From: Lachnospiraceae bacterium
GTDB lineage: Bacteria; Bacillota; Clostridia; Lachnospirales; Lachnospiraceae
Assembly: GCA_014239155.1 (NCBI GenBank)
Contig: JAAZZQ010000050.1
Location: 22,284-86,283 of the forward strand
Length of the DNA: 64,000 nucleotides
Direction: 5' to 3'
This document shows, piece after piece, positions 30,149-38,962 of this stretch (its first letter is position 1; the number at the start of each line of letters is the position of its first letter). Under the pieces are notes generated by a model. That model ran no database searches, was not told the origin of the DNA, and worked only from the letters and a program-made list of their open reading frames with translations. The position numbers and the translations under genes were made by a program.

Positions 30149-30176
30149 ATTATACCAAATTTGTAAAGTCTTTCAA
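30149..30176 (-). promoter_or_regulatory. Sigma-A-type promoter for cheD
   Basis: The minus strand reads TTGAAA, a 16-nt spacer, then TGgTATAAT (extended -10). Confidence 0.55.
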
Positions 30177-30194
30177 GAAAAATCTTTGGAATAA

Positions 30195-30225
30195 CCGTTA
30201 CAGTTCAGCCTAGGGCTTTGCATTT
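30195..30225 (+). repeat. GTTACAGTTCAGCCTAGGG-type motif copy (family 3)
   Basis: CCGTTACAGTTCAGCCTAGGGCTTTGCATTT, about 20 nt upstream of the cheD -35. Confidence 0.5.
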
Positions 30226-30606
30226 ACCGCAAATTATGGCTTTATAAACCCCGTAAAATTGCATAATAGCAACAGTTCCTTATGAACTACCCACTGTCTA
30301 AAGCCAATGAGCTTCCTGCTCCATAAACCTCGTATCCTACTATCTCCGCAGACGTTAATTCGGGCAGTCCCTGCCCCATAATGGTATATATCGTACATTT
30401 TACCTTATAAATACACCGCCAATTATCGCAGAGCTTACAATGGACAACTTATTTTGTATGTTGCAGAAAATAAGAAAACCTCCACGGACACACCACTAAC
30501 GGTAACTGTGCGCAGAGATATGATACAAGCAAAAACTATGATTTTGTCATAGTTCCACTGTCTTCAAAACCGCTAAAACAACATTGTATAAATGCTGTTC
30601 TAGCGA

Positions 30607-31683
30607 TTATATTCTGTCTTGTGTGCGTTTTGGCATAAAAATTTCTCGCCCCAACTCCACTAGAATTAAAAGCGTCACTGGTCCTAAAATAAAACCACCA
30701 ATCCCATAATAGATAATCCCTGCATACACAGAAATTAAGATTGCCACAGGAGAAAACTTTAATCCATTTCCCAGCAATCGCGGCTCCAAAAACTCTCGAA
30801 TCATCACACAGGCAAAATATGTGAGAAAAACAATCACACCGCTGCCAATGTTTCCTTTTAGAAGGCTCATAACCCCCAATGGAATCAGCACAATTCCAGT
30901 TCCAATAAACGGCAAAAAATCCATAAATCCTGCAAAGACACCATAAAACCAACCTTCTTTGGAACCACTGAAATACAGACCAATTGTGGCAGTAATACTA
31001 ATGCACAGAAGTATGATTGTCTGTGTCTTTAGATACGTCTTTATCATTCCGCCAAGCTTTTTCCCAATGCGCAAAATAATAGACAGTATATGGTCAATTG
31101 CAGGCTCGATTGCCGCCAAATTCAAAAGCCCTTGCTGCCAACCTTCAATTTCTCTTGCAAACAAAACAACACAGATAAAACTCACCACAATAAATGTACC
31201 TACACGCCCTGCCACAGACAGATAACGCATACTTCCGGTAAGTAGCCCATCTCCGGATTTTGAAATACACTCCCTCAACTCCGTCGCTCTCTCAAATAAC
31301 CACTGTTCCACAATGCCATGCTGCAACTGAAAAAAACTTTCAATTTCTATGCTTAAATCTGTAATAAACTGTGCAATACTATTCGTCCAAAAATCCGCAT
31401 TCTGTACCAATATGCGTGCTTTGCTTATCAAAAAAGTACCAATGCCCACAATAATCAGTGCTGCAATCAAAATAATGCCAAACAAAATTCCCCCTGCCAT
31501 AAAACCCTTCTGCCCGGATTTTTTCCTGCGCTGGCAAAACCGCTGCAGAGGAACCACAATCAACAGTGCCACCAATAGTGGTAAAAAGTATGGAAGAAGA
31601 TACTTTAAAGCCAACAAAACTGACACAGATGTTAAAATATACAACACCACTCGCTGATAGTCCCCCCGCAATAAAAAATTCAT
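30607..31683 (-). CDS. AI-2E family transporter (PerM/YtvI-like permease)
   Basis: 358 aa, polytopic. C-terminal block DFLPFIGTGIVLIPLG...REFLEPRLLGNGLKFSPVAILISVYAG. Confidence 0.85.
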   Translation of the reverse strand: MNFLLRGDYQRVVLYILTSVSVLLALKYLLPYFLPLLVALLIVVPLQRFCQRRKKSGQKGFMAGGILFGIILIAALIIVGIGTFLISKARILVQNADFWTNSIAQFITDLSIEIESFFQLQHGIVEQWLFERATELRECISKSGDGLLTGSMRYLSVAGRVGTFIVVSFICVVLFAREIEGWQQGLLNLAAIEPAIDHILSIILRIGKKLGGMIKTYLKTQTIILLCISITATIGLYFSGSKEGWFYGVFAGFMDFLPFIGTGIVLIPLGVMSLLKGNIGSGVIVFLTYFACVMIREFLEPRLLGNGLKFSPVAILISVYAGIIYYGIGGFILGPVTLLILVELGREIFMPKRTQDRI

Positions 31684-31745
31684 ACGATTTCCCTGCCTTT
31701 TACAATATTATGTACAGGAATATCTGTGTTGTTCCCTCCCTATAT

Positions 31746-31789
31746 GTTACAGTTCAGCCTTGCCTATTCATATAGCTGAACTGTTACCC
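31746..31789. repeat. Inverted pair of family-3 half motifs forming a hairpin
   Basis: GTTACAGTTCAGC (31746-58) and GCTGAACTGTTAC (31775-87). There are 13 positions with one mismatch and a 16-nt loop. Confidence 0.5.
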
Positions 31790-31808
31790 TTATATTGTTT
31801 GTAATCCA

Positions 31809-34800
31809 TCAATTATTATACAACACAAATCCGTTTAAATATGGTTTTTTCGATGTCTTTTTCCATTCTCGAGCCAAGCTTACCTGACCACTGCGCGGCG
31901 GTGCCACAACCTCGCAATTTGGTGAAAAAGATGCAACAGTCACATAACTGCATTCTCCAGTAATTGTTTCCATCACTTGAAGTTCTACATTGGTTACAAA
32001 ACAGCGTTCGCCAAAAGACAAATCTTCCAGATACAAAATACCGCTGTAATCCTTTACACGCGGCAATAGAAGCTCTTCTGGCGCTCTGTTGTCAAATGAC
32101 AATACTGCCTTGAGACTCTTCTCCTGCGCAGTTGTATCTACCTTAACTCTCAAACCTGCACCATGCTGTATACTCCACGGTTGGCTCGTAACATCCAAAG
32201 AAAATTCTTGCGCTTGTGTCATAATGGTTCCAGCTACCTGCCTGTCCTCCTCTATATCAGATAACATAACATCATAACTGCTATCGCTCACAGCCACCCT
32301 GTATTCATACTCTGTACCCGGTTTAAGTCCATTAATAAAGGTCAGCATTCCACCTGTTGTCTTGCTGATAATATAACTCTTTTTATTCTTAATCCAATCA
32401 TCTGCCCCCTTTTCTCTATAAAATACATAGAGATACGAGTTCGTATTTATTGGATTGTTTGTAATCATCGCCTTAATTGAAATATAAGAATATCCGCTTG
32501 CCGCAATGACATTGGTAAGGCTTCTACCATCTGTCTGCGTCAGGATTTCGCCAGAGCAAGTTCCATTGAGAGTCGCTGTAATCGGTGGATATTGCACACT
32601 GCTAATACCAGTCACAAATTCATAAACTGTGTCTGCATTTACATCATCACCTAAATAGCTTGTAAGTTCAAAATTACACTCTGCCTGGTTCTCAGCCAGC
32701 AATGTCGTCCGAATATCCCAGTCCTCTTCATCTTTCTCCTTGAAAAACAACACAAGATATGAGTCCGGCGCTGGATCCCCCTCAATCTGTGCCTGCAATG
32801 TAATATTGTGTGCCCCTGCAATCTGATTGCCGACACTCACCCGCACACCATCAATTTTTGCATCAAAAGTAAACGTATAACTTCCATACTCTTTCCCTTT
32901 AATATCGCGGAAAGAAACATTATAGCTTCGCTCATCCACAAGACCAGAAATCGTATACCCTGTTGTCTGATACCCCTTTGCGGCGTAGAGATTAAAGCTA
33001 GAACCATTTTTATAATACGCTCCATCTTCCTCCTGAACATAGGCAAACAAAGTGATATCCTTTGTAATATTTTCTGTTCTGCCTTTCAGCGCAATTGTAC
33101 AGGTTATTGATTCTGATAAATTCGCTGTGATTGAAACCGCTACCTCTGATTTTTCTGTATGAATGCGTTGATATTGTGTATTTATCAACGTACTGCCTTC
33201 AAAAAGCTCCCATTTAAAACCATACTCTGTATCTGGAGAAAGTGCAAAATAATCTGCTGCCTGAACAAATATTGTATAATCCTCCACTGCTGTAAGTGCT
33301 GTTTTTGTCCGCAACTCTGCATAGAGTTTTGTCTCATCATTATAATAATACAATTTATAGCTGTACGCAAAACTCCTTGTCAGTTCCATTTCATCTAATC
33401 CATAAGAAAGCACAGAATCATATGCTCCTGTATCTGCTGTCAAGCGAGGATTAATGCGCGCTTTTCCCATCTGAAAAGTACCGCGCTTCACTACACCGGC
33501 AATCCAAACTTCATATTCATATCCTGCACCTTCCTGCAAACCAATCAGCACACCTTTTGCCGTACCGTCTTTCACCTGAATTACCTTTGTCTCATACTCA
33601 CCAAGGGAATTTTTCATTCGATACTTTAATTTTCCTGTCCAATAAATTGTATCGTCTGTTATATGAACCGTATACTCTGCTTTGGTACTTTTTTCCTTAC
33701 TCTGCTTAATCGAAACAGACAATGCGCTCTCTGAAAATGGTGCCAAATCTGTCTTAACCTCCAAAGTCTTTTCCTTAAAATGTGCAGAATACCCTGATTC
33801 ATTAATCCACATTGTAACAAGATACGACGTATTGTGTTGCAAATCAGGCACTGATTTCTCAATCGTCCATCGCTCGCGGCCTTTTGTAGCAAGTTTTTCT
33901 ATATCTGAAACGATCGTTTTGCCATTTTGATCTGCAATCTCGTAACATAAATTAAAATATTCTGGAACTTTTCCTGAAAATGCAGTAATATCTGCTCTAA
34001 GCACAATATTGTCTGGTCCAGATGATCTAACATTATAATTTACCACCGCTGGATATTCTTTTGTATCAACTGTTGTATATGCAAAAGTAACACCACTTCG
34101 ATTATAAAATTCAAAGTAATAGGTCTGCGCTGGTTCAAGCCCTGTTACCGTAATGCTCGAAGTTCCATTAATATATCGTTGTACTGTCACTTCCTTATCG
34201 TACTCTGCAAGTGGACCATAACTGTATTTTGCCACTGGTTCCACAGCCTCTACTTCCAGTGTGATGCTGTCATATCCAGCACGCTTACTCCGAAAAATCA
34301 AGTTTTCGCGCGAGCTTCCTGTCTGCATTTTAATCGGATTGCTCTCTGGTATCAATACTGCCTCAAGTTCTAGTGTACTTGCATTGACCAAATACATTGT
34401 AAAGTTGTACTCTACTCCTGCCTCAAGTGCATTGATCATTCTTTCTTTTTTTACTTCCGGTGAAATCTGCTCCTCAATTAATTGATAGCCAATATCACTG
34501 TTTCCATATCGAATTTGCCAGTAGTAATTTCCGCCAAGCGCTGCACCATTTTTAGAAGAAAGTTTTATGTCCGCTGAAATAGTCCTGCTGGCTGCTCTCC
34601 AACCAATCTGCGCTGTAAAGACTCCTGTACTTGCTGTATAACCATTGCCTGTTCTTCCTACAGATGCCATTTTCACCCCAGTTACACCAAACTGAACACT
34701 TTTCCCAATCGCAGGTCCACTTTCCGCACAGGAAAGCTGCGGATATACTGTCTGTCCTTTTTCCAGATACATCAAAGCATATCGTATTGTATTCTGATAT

Positions 34801-35651
34801 AACTGGTTTCTTAACTTAACTCCATCTGCATACCGGTCATATATGCTCAATGATACACCACCTACACTGCTTCCCTGTATATAAAAATTATAATATCCTG
34901 ATTCTGATGCAGTAAATTGAAACCACTGTGCCCCATTATGTTTTAAGAGCACAGACTTAGCAAAGCCACTTTTTATCACTATTGTGTTATTCAACACAGA
35001 CTCCTCAACCACAGTCTGTTCCTCTGTTGATTCCTCCTCCGTGGTAGTTGTCTCCTCTGTCTCTTCCTCCGTCGTTTCTTCTTCTGTCTCCTCGTCTGTG
35101 GTCTCTTCTTCCTCTGTCTCTGTATCCTTTTCCTTGGAGTACTCCTCCGATGTCTCCTCCGTACTTTGTTGCGTATCCGAAGTTTCAGACGAGGAAGACT
35201 CTTCCGTGTTTGTCTCTGTTGTGGAAGAGTCCTCGCTGCTTGTTGTCTCTGTACTAGAAGACTCCTCGGCGCTTGTCGTCTCTGTACTAGAACTTTCCTC
35301 ACTGCTTGCAGTTTCAGTGCGGGAAGGTTCTTCATTGGAAGTTTCTGTACTAAAATTTTCCTCACTGGAAGACTCCTCACTTGTACAAACTTCCTCTGAA
35401 GAATCTTCCTCTGAAAGCTCTTCAGAGGAAAACTCTTCTGAAGATTCTTCTTCACTGGAAGATTCTTCCTCAAGAGTTTCTTCCTCCGAAGGCTTTTCTG
35501 GCTCTGAAGGTGCTTCCTCCTCCGATTCTTCTGAATCTTGTGATACGCTGCTCTCTGTCAAAGTCTCCTCTTCCGCCCCATAACTGATCTGTGGTATGCT
35601 TACCGCTAAAAGGCAGCTGCACAACAACACTGATATCATTCTGAAAAACAT
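31809..35651 (-). CDS. Large secreted protein: signal peptide, ~190-aa acidic S/E/T-rich region, then multiple FN3/Ig-like beta-sandwich repeats; no recognisable anchor
   Basis: 1280 aa. Signal peptide MFFRMISVLLCSCLLAVSIPQISYG-AEEE. The low-complexity region reads SSEESSSTETTSAEESSSTETT.... FN3-like strand motifs recur (GLEPAQTYYFEFYN, GLKPGTEYEYRVAV, GLQEGAGYEYEVWI). The C-terminus has no LPXTG or TM. Confidence 0.8.
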   Translation of the reverse strand: MFFRMISVLLCSCLLAVSIPQISYGAEEETLTESSVSQDSEESEEEAPSEPEKPSEEETLEEESSSEEESSEEFSSEELSEEDSSEEVCTSEESSSEENFSTETSNEEPSRTETASSEESSSTETTSAEESSSTETTSSEDSSTTETNTEESSSSETSDTQQSTEETSEEYSKEKDTETEEEETTDEETEEETTEEETEETTTTEEESTEEQTVVEESVLNNTIVIKSGFAKSVLLKHNGAQWFQFTASESGYYNFYIQGSSVGGVSLSIYDRYADGVKLRNQLYQNTIRYALMYLEKGQTVYPQLSCAESGPAIGKSVQFGVTGVKMASVGRTGNGYTASTGVFTAQIGWRAASRTISADIKLSSKNGAALGGNYYWQIRYGNSDIGYQLIEEQISPEVKKERMINALEAGVEYNFTMYLVNASTLELEAVLIPESNPIKMQTGSSRENLIFRSKRAGYDSITLEVEAVEPVAKYSYGPLAEYDKEVTVQRYINGTSSITVTGLEPAQTYYFEFYNRSGVTFAYTTVDTKEYPAVVNYNVRSSGPDNIVLRADITAFSGKVPEYFNLCYEIADQNGKTIVSDIEKLATKGRERWTIEKSVPDLQHNTSYLVTMWINESGYSAHFKEKTLEVKTDLAPFSESALSVSIKQSKEKSTKAEYTVHITDDTIYWTGKLKYRMKNSLGEYETKVIQVKDGTAKGVLIGLQEGAGYEYEVWIAGVVKRGTFQMGKARINPRLTADTGAYDSVLSYGLDEMELTRSFAYSYKLYYYNDETKLYAELRTKTALTAVEDYTIFVQAADYFALSPDTEYGFKWELFEGSTLINTQYQRIHTEKSEVAVSITANLSESITCTIALKGRTENITKDITLFAYVQEEDGAYYKNGSSFNLYAAKGYQTTGYTISGLVDERSYNVSFRDIKGKEYGSYTFTFDAKIDGVRVSVGNQIAGAHNITLQAQIEGDPAPDSYLVLFFKEKDEEDWDIRTTLLAENQAECNFELTSYLGDDVNADTVYEFVTGISSVQYPPITATLNGTCSGEILTQTDGRSLTNVIAASGYSYISIKAMITNNPINTNSYLYVFYREKGADDWIKNKKSYIISKTTGGMLTFINGLKPGTEYEYRVAVSDSSYDVMLSDIEEDRQVAGTIMTQAQEFSLDVTSQPWSIQHGAGLRVKVDTTAQEKSLKAVLSFDNRAPEELLLPRVKDYSGILYLEDLSFGERCFVTNVELQVMETITGECSYVTVASFSPNCEVVAPPRSGQVSLAREWKKTSKKPYLNGFVLYNN

Positions 35652-35683
35652 GAACTTCCCTTCCTTTGCAAAATATTGCTTTC

Positions 35684-35713
35684 ATTATAATATACATTTT
35701 ACAAATGGGTAAA
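35684..35713 (-). promoter_or_regulatory. Candidate own promoter of the large secreted-protein gene
   Basis: The minus strand reads TTTACC, an 18-nt spacer, then TATAAT, within the 95-nt gap after the AAA+ gene. Confidence 0.4.
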
Positions 35714-35746
35714 CAAAATTACCAATAAAGCGAAACCATTATTCTA

Positions 35747-37258
35747 TCATTTCATCAACTCATCAATCTCTGCCAAAATATCTTTCTTTCGCTCTGTAAA
35801 TAACATATCCTTATTATGTTTAAAGTACGCTTGACAGCCATATTTGCCAATATATTGTGCCGCATAACTATTGATCGTCAGCTCTGTCACCAATATTAAA
35901 AGCTCCTGACTTCCCGCGTCAAAAGCCTCCTCACAAAACTGGAATACATTTGTCAGATTGCTATCTGCCTGCGAAACAAGTTTTGTGAGTGCCTTTTTTC
36001 TTTTGTCAAAATCTGTTTTTAAAAGTTTAAATGCAGCCTCACCACTTGCAGGAAGTTTTTGCGCAATCAACTTTAATTGCTCATCCAATACAGCCATTGT
36101 AATGTTCAGTATATACTCACGATCCGCCGAAAGATTTCCAGCTTTCTTTCCGACAGAAATTGCCTTTTGTTCTGCTAGTATCTGCCGATTGACAACCTCT
36201 ATAAAATCTTTCTCAACAACAAAATCCGCCCGCATTAGCCTTAGACAGTTCACCAATTCCATCACTGCCCCCTCCTGTGCTGACACTTCGCGCACCACAG
36301 TAACCAGACCATCTATAAGCAATCCCAGCAGAGATAAACGCTCGTCAAATTTCGCATCCTTGGCACGTTTGACAATCTCTTTTCCGGCCTTTCCAGCCAT
36401 AATCTTATCAACTTGATAATCAGATCTGTACTTTTTAAACAAATCATAATAGACTGCAAAACCTTTGGCTATTTTTTTATTCTGCAAATATTGAATCACA
36501 AGCTGTTCGGTAACAGGAATCTCCTTTTGCTCATACAATTTTATCATGTCAGAAAGGTCACTCCAACCACGTGCTGTCACAAAACTTTTCCCATCCACAG
36601 TTGTTTCTATTTTATAGAAATCATCCTTTTTAATATCCAGATATGTTGTGATTGCAGGGTGTGTACCTCTCGCATAAGCATATTCTTTCCATGCCTCATA
36701 ATCCGCTTTCACATCAATGCGCTTTAATCGATCCCACGTCACAATATCAAATTCCCGCACAGAATTATTATATTCTGGTGGATTTCCTGCGGTGACTACA
36801 ATCCAACCACCGGGAACACTGTGACGCCCAAATGTCTTGTACTGCAAAAACTGCAACATTGAGGGCGCAAGCGTTTCCGAAACACAGTTAATCTCATCAA
36901 GAAACAAAATGCCTTCCTTTAATCCAGTCACTTCCATTAAATCATAAATCGATGCTATAATTTCACTCATTGTATACTCACTGACACTGTACTCCTCACC
37001 GCCATAATTTTTCTTGACAATAAATGGCAGTCCTAGTGCAGACTGTCTAGTATGATGCGTCATAGAATAACTGACCAAACCAATCTGTAACTCCTGTGCA
37101 ATCTGTTCCATAATCGCTGTCTTTCCAATGCCTGGCGCTCCCATCAAAAAAATAGGGCGCTGCCGTTCAATAGGAATCACATAATTCCCAAACTGATCTT
37201 TTGTCAAATAAGCTGACACTGCATTTTTAATATCTTCCTTTGCCTGTTTAATATTCAT
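35747..37258 (-). CDS. MoxR-class (AAA_5-like) AAA+ ATPase with ~200-aa helical C-terminal extension
   Basis: 503 aa. Walker A LMGAPGIGKT and Walker B ILFLDEIN, followed by VVTAGNPPEYN. GGAGAG RBS lies 12 nt after the upstream stop. Confidence 0.85.
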   Translation of the reverse strand: MNIKQAKEDIKNAVSAYLTKDQFGNYVIPIERQRPIFLMGAPGIGKTAIMEQIAQELQIGLVSYSMTHHTRQSALGLPFIVKKNYGGEEYSVSEYTMSEIIASIYDLMEVTGLKEGILFLDEINCVSETLAPSMLQFLQYKTFGRHSVPGGWIVVTAGNPPEYNNSVREFDIVTWDRLKRIDVKADYEAWKEYAYARGTHPAITTYLDIKKDDFYKIETTVDGKSFVTARGWSDLSDMIKLYEQKEIPVTEQLVIQYLQNKKIAKGFAVYYDLFKKYRSDYQVDKIMAGKAGKEIVKRAKDAKFDERLSLLGLLIDGLVTVVREVSAQEGAVMELVNCLRLMRADFVVEKDFIEVVNRQILAEQKAISVGKKAGNLSADREYILNITMAVLDEQLKLIAQKLPASGEAAFKLLKTDFDKRKKALTKLVSQADSNLTNVFQFCEEAFDAGSQELLILVTELTINSYAAQYIGKYGCQAYFKHNKDMLFTERKKDILAEIDELMK

Positions 37259-37270
37259 TGATTTCTCTCC

Positions 37271-38962
37271 TTATTCTGTGGTGTATTGAAAACGAAACCC
37301 CTTTTCTTTGCAATAGTCTTCTGCCTTACTTCCTTTGGGACAGGATATAATCAGGTTTGGACAACCACTAAATATCTCATCTCCCTCATTAAACTTATTA
37401 AAAACAGATGTTAACCTTTGAACAGAGCTTGGCAGTATAACCTCTTTCAAATCACTACAACCCAAAAATGCATTTCCACCGATTTCAAGAACACCTTCAC
37501 AAATATGTACACGCTCTAATTTCTTACAATAGAAAAATGCACACGCCCCTATCCTCTTTACTGTTCCTGGAATGGTAAGACTTTTCAAAGATTCACATGC
37601 CCAAAACGCACCTATGCCAAGTTCTTCTAAACCATCAGCAATCATTATCTCTTGCAGGGAAGACATATTGCGAAACGCATACTTTTCAACCTTTCGCAGT
37701 GTCTTTGGCAGTATAATCTTTGTTATCTTACCATGTTGTTCAATCTGCTCTTGTCTTGTATATACAGAAGTAAAACCAGTATTTCCAGTAAATGCACCAT
37801 ATCCTATCACTGTGACAATACCCTTGCCAATCTTTTCTGGAACAGTAACTTCAATTTCCTTGCCTTTGTAGTTTGTAATGGCTAGTGTTCCATCCTCTTT
37901 TTTCTCATAACGCCACAGTTTTCTTAATGCTGTGACAGAATCTGACGCCATATTTAACTCCCGCATTAACTTTTTTTCTGCTTTCCTTTGTTCAGCCGTC
38001 AAGTCAACAGTACGATTTTTGAAATCCAAAAGCCATGCTGCCGATTCTATTTTGTGATTTTCTGAAGCATATGCAATTAATTCATCACGCCGGCGTATAT
38101 CCTTAAGCCAGCCGTAATCCTCTACAATTTTTAGACAGGAAACACGCTCATTATCAATGATTTCTCCTAGAATCCTTTTCTTGTTCATCTCAGATTGATT
38201 AAAATGTTGTAGAAAAACCATAAAAAACTCGGGAATCAAAAACCGCTGACTGTTTATTCGCCAAAGTTTTTCCGTGAAATGCAACTTTTTTTCTTCGCCG
38301 ATTTCTGTGTGTAATGCAGAGAGAACATGTGCCAATGTATCATCACTAAGTGTCCCTAGAAAATACCAGTACATCGTCCACCTGTCATTTTCATTTCCAC
38401 CTCCCTCTGTCAACATTTCTTTTATCTCATTGGAAAAGCAAATTCCTTTTTCCTTTAATGCATTGGCAATATTTCTCTCATCTGTAAGGATTGCATAGTA
38501 AAGATAGTCTCCAGAGAAAAGACAAAGCTTCCCCTCCTGTTCGCACAAATATTCTATAACCTGAATACGTTCTTCCTCACAGAGTGGCATAAGCGGTTTG
38601 CCCTCACTGTCAACAAGCTCATTCATCTTTCTATTTGGCGCAAAATAACCCTTGATTCGATCCACACCTTTTAATAAAAACAAAATAAAAAAATCCGGAA
38701 GAAGCATTAAATAGTGCGTGCCAAAATCATAATACAAATCGTAATCTATCCTTGTCTCATATCCGAATGATACGCCGCTTTCGACAAGAGCTTTCACCAT
38801 ATCCACCCCGGCAAAACGACCAGCAATTCCCAAAATACGAGCCGTGAGAAAAGGATTATGAAGCTCCTGATAAAGTCTCACCGCCTCGTCAGGTACACCG
38901 CTAAGCACTGCCTTCTCAATTGCTTTTAGCTTTGCCTTTTCCTCTCTATATTGTGTATTCAT
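37271..38962 (-). CDS. Cytoplasmic ankyrin-like + leucine-rich-repeat (LRR_5/BspA-type) protein, paralog 4 (most divergent N-terminus)
   Basis: 563 aa, no signal peptide or TM. Four xxAFxxCxxL LRR units by hand count. Conserved linker AAWLLDFKNRTVDLTAEQRKAEKKLMRELN. ATGA start/stop overlap with the upstream paralog. Confidence 0.8.
   Translation of the reverse strand: MNTQYREEKAKLKAIEKAVLSGVPDEAVRLYQELHNPFLTARILGIAGRFAGVDMVKALVESGVSFGYETRIDYDLYYDFGTHYLMLLPDFFILFLLKGVDRIKGYFAPNRKMNELVDSEGKPLMPLCEEERIQVIEYLCEQEGKLCLFSGDYLYYAILTDERNIANALKEKGICFSNEIKEMLTEGGGNENDRWTMYWYFLGTLSDDTLAHVLSALHTEIGEEKKLHFTEKLWRINSQRFLIPEFFMVFLQHFNQSEMNKKRILGEIIDNERVSCLKIVEDYGWLKDIRRRDELIAYASENHKIESAAWLLDFKNRTVDLTAEQRKAEKKLMRELNMASDSVTALRKLWRYEKKEDGTLAITNYKGKEIEVTVPEKIGKGIVTVIGYGAFTGNTGFTSVYTRQEQIEQHGKITKIILPKTLRKVEKYAFRNMSSLQEIMIADGLEELGIGAFWACESLKSLTIPGTVKRIGACAFFYCKKLERVHICEGVLEIGGNAFLGCSDLKEVILPSSVQRLTSVFNKFNEGDEIFSGCPNLIISCPKGSKAEDYCKEKGFRFQYTTE

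Noticed and set aside
30536-30952. 138-aa minus-strand ORF
   Set aside because: It overlaps the AI-2E transporter gene on the same strand in a different frame. The AI-2E frame has clear family similarity, and this ORF has none.
34984-35583. 199-aa plus-strand ORF (S/V-rich), plus several other ORFs on both strands (34991-35473, 35048-35257, 35166-35399, 35381-35587)
   Set aside because: All lie inside the acidic low-complexity tract of the 1280-aa gene. Repetitive GAA/GAG/TCT codon runs keep several frames open on both strands. None has an RBS, and the compositions are implausible.
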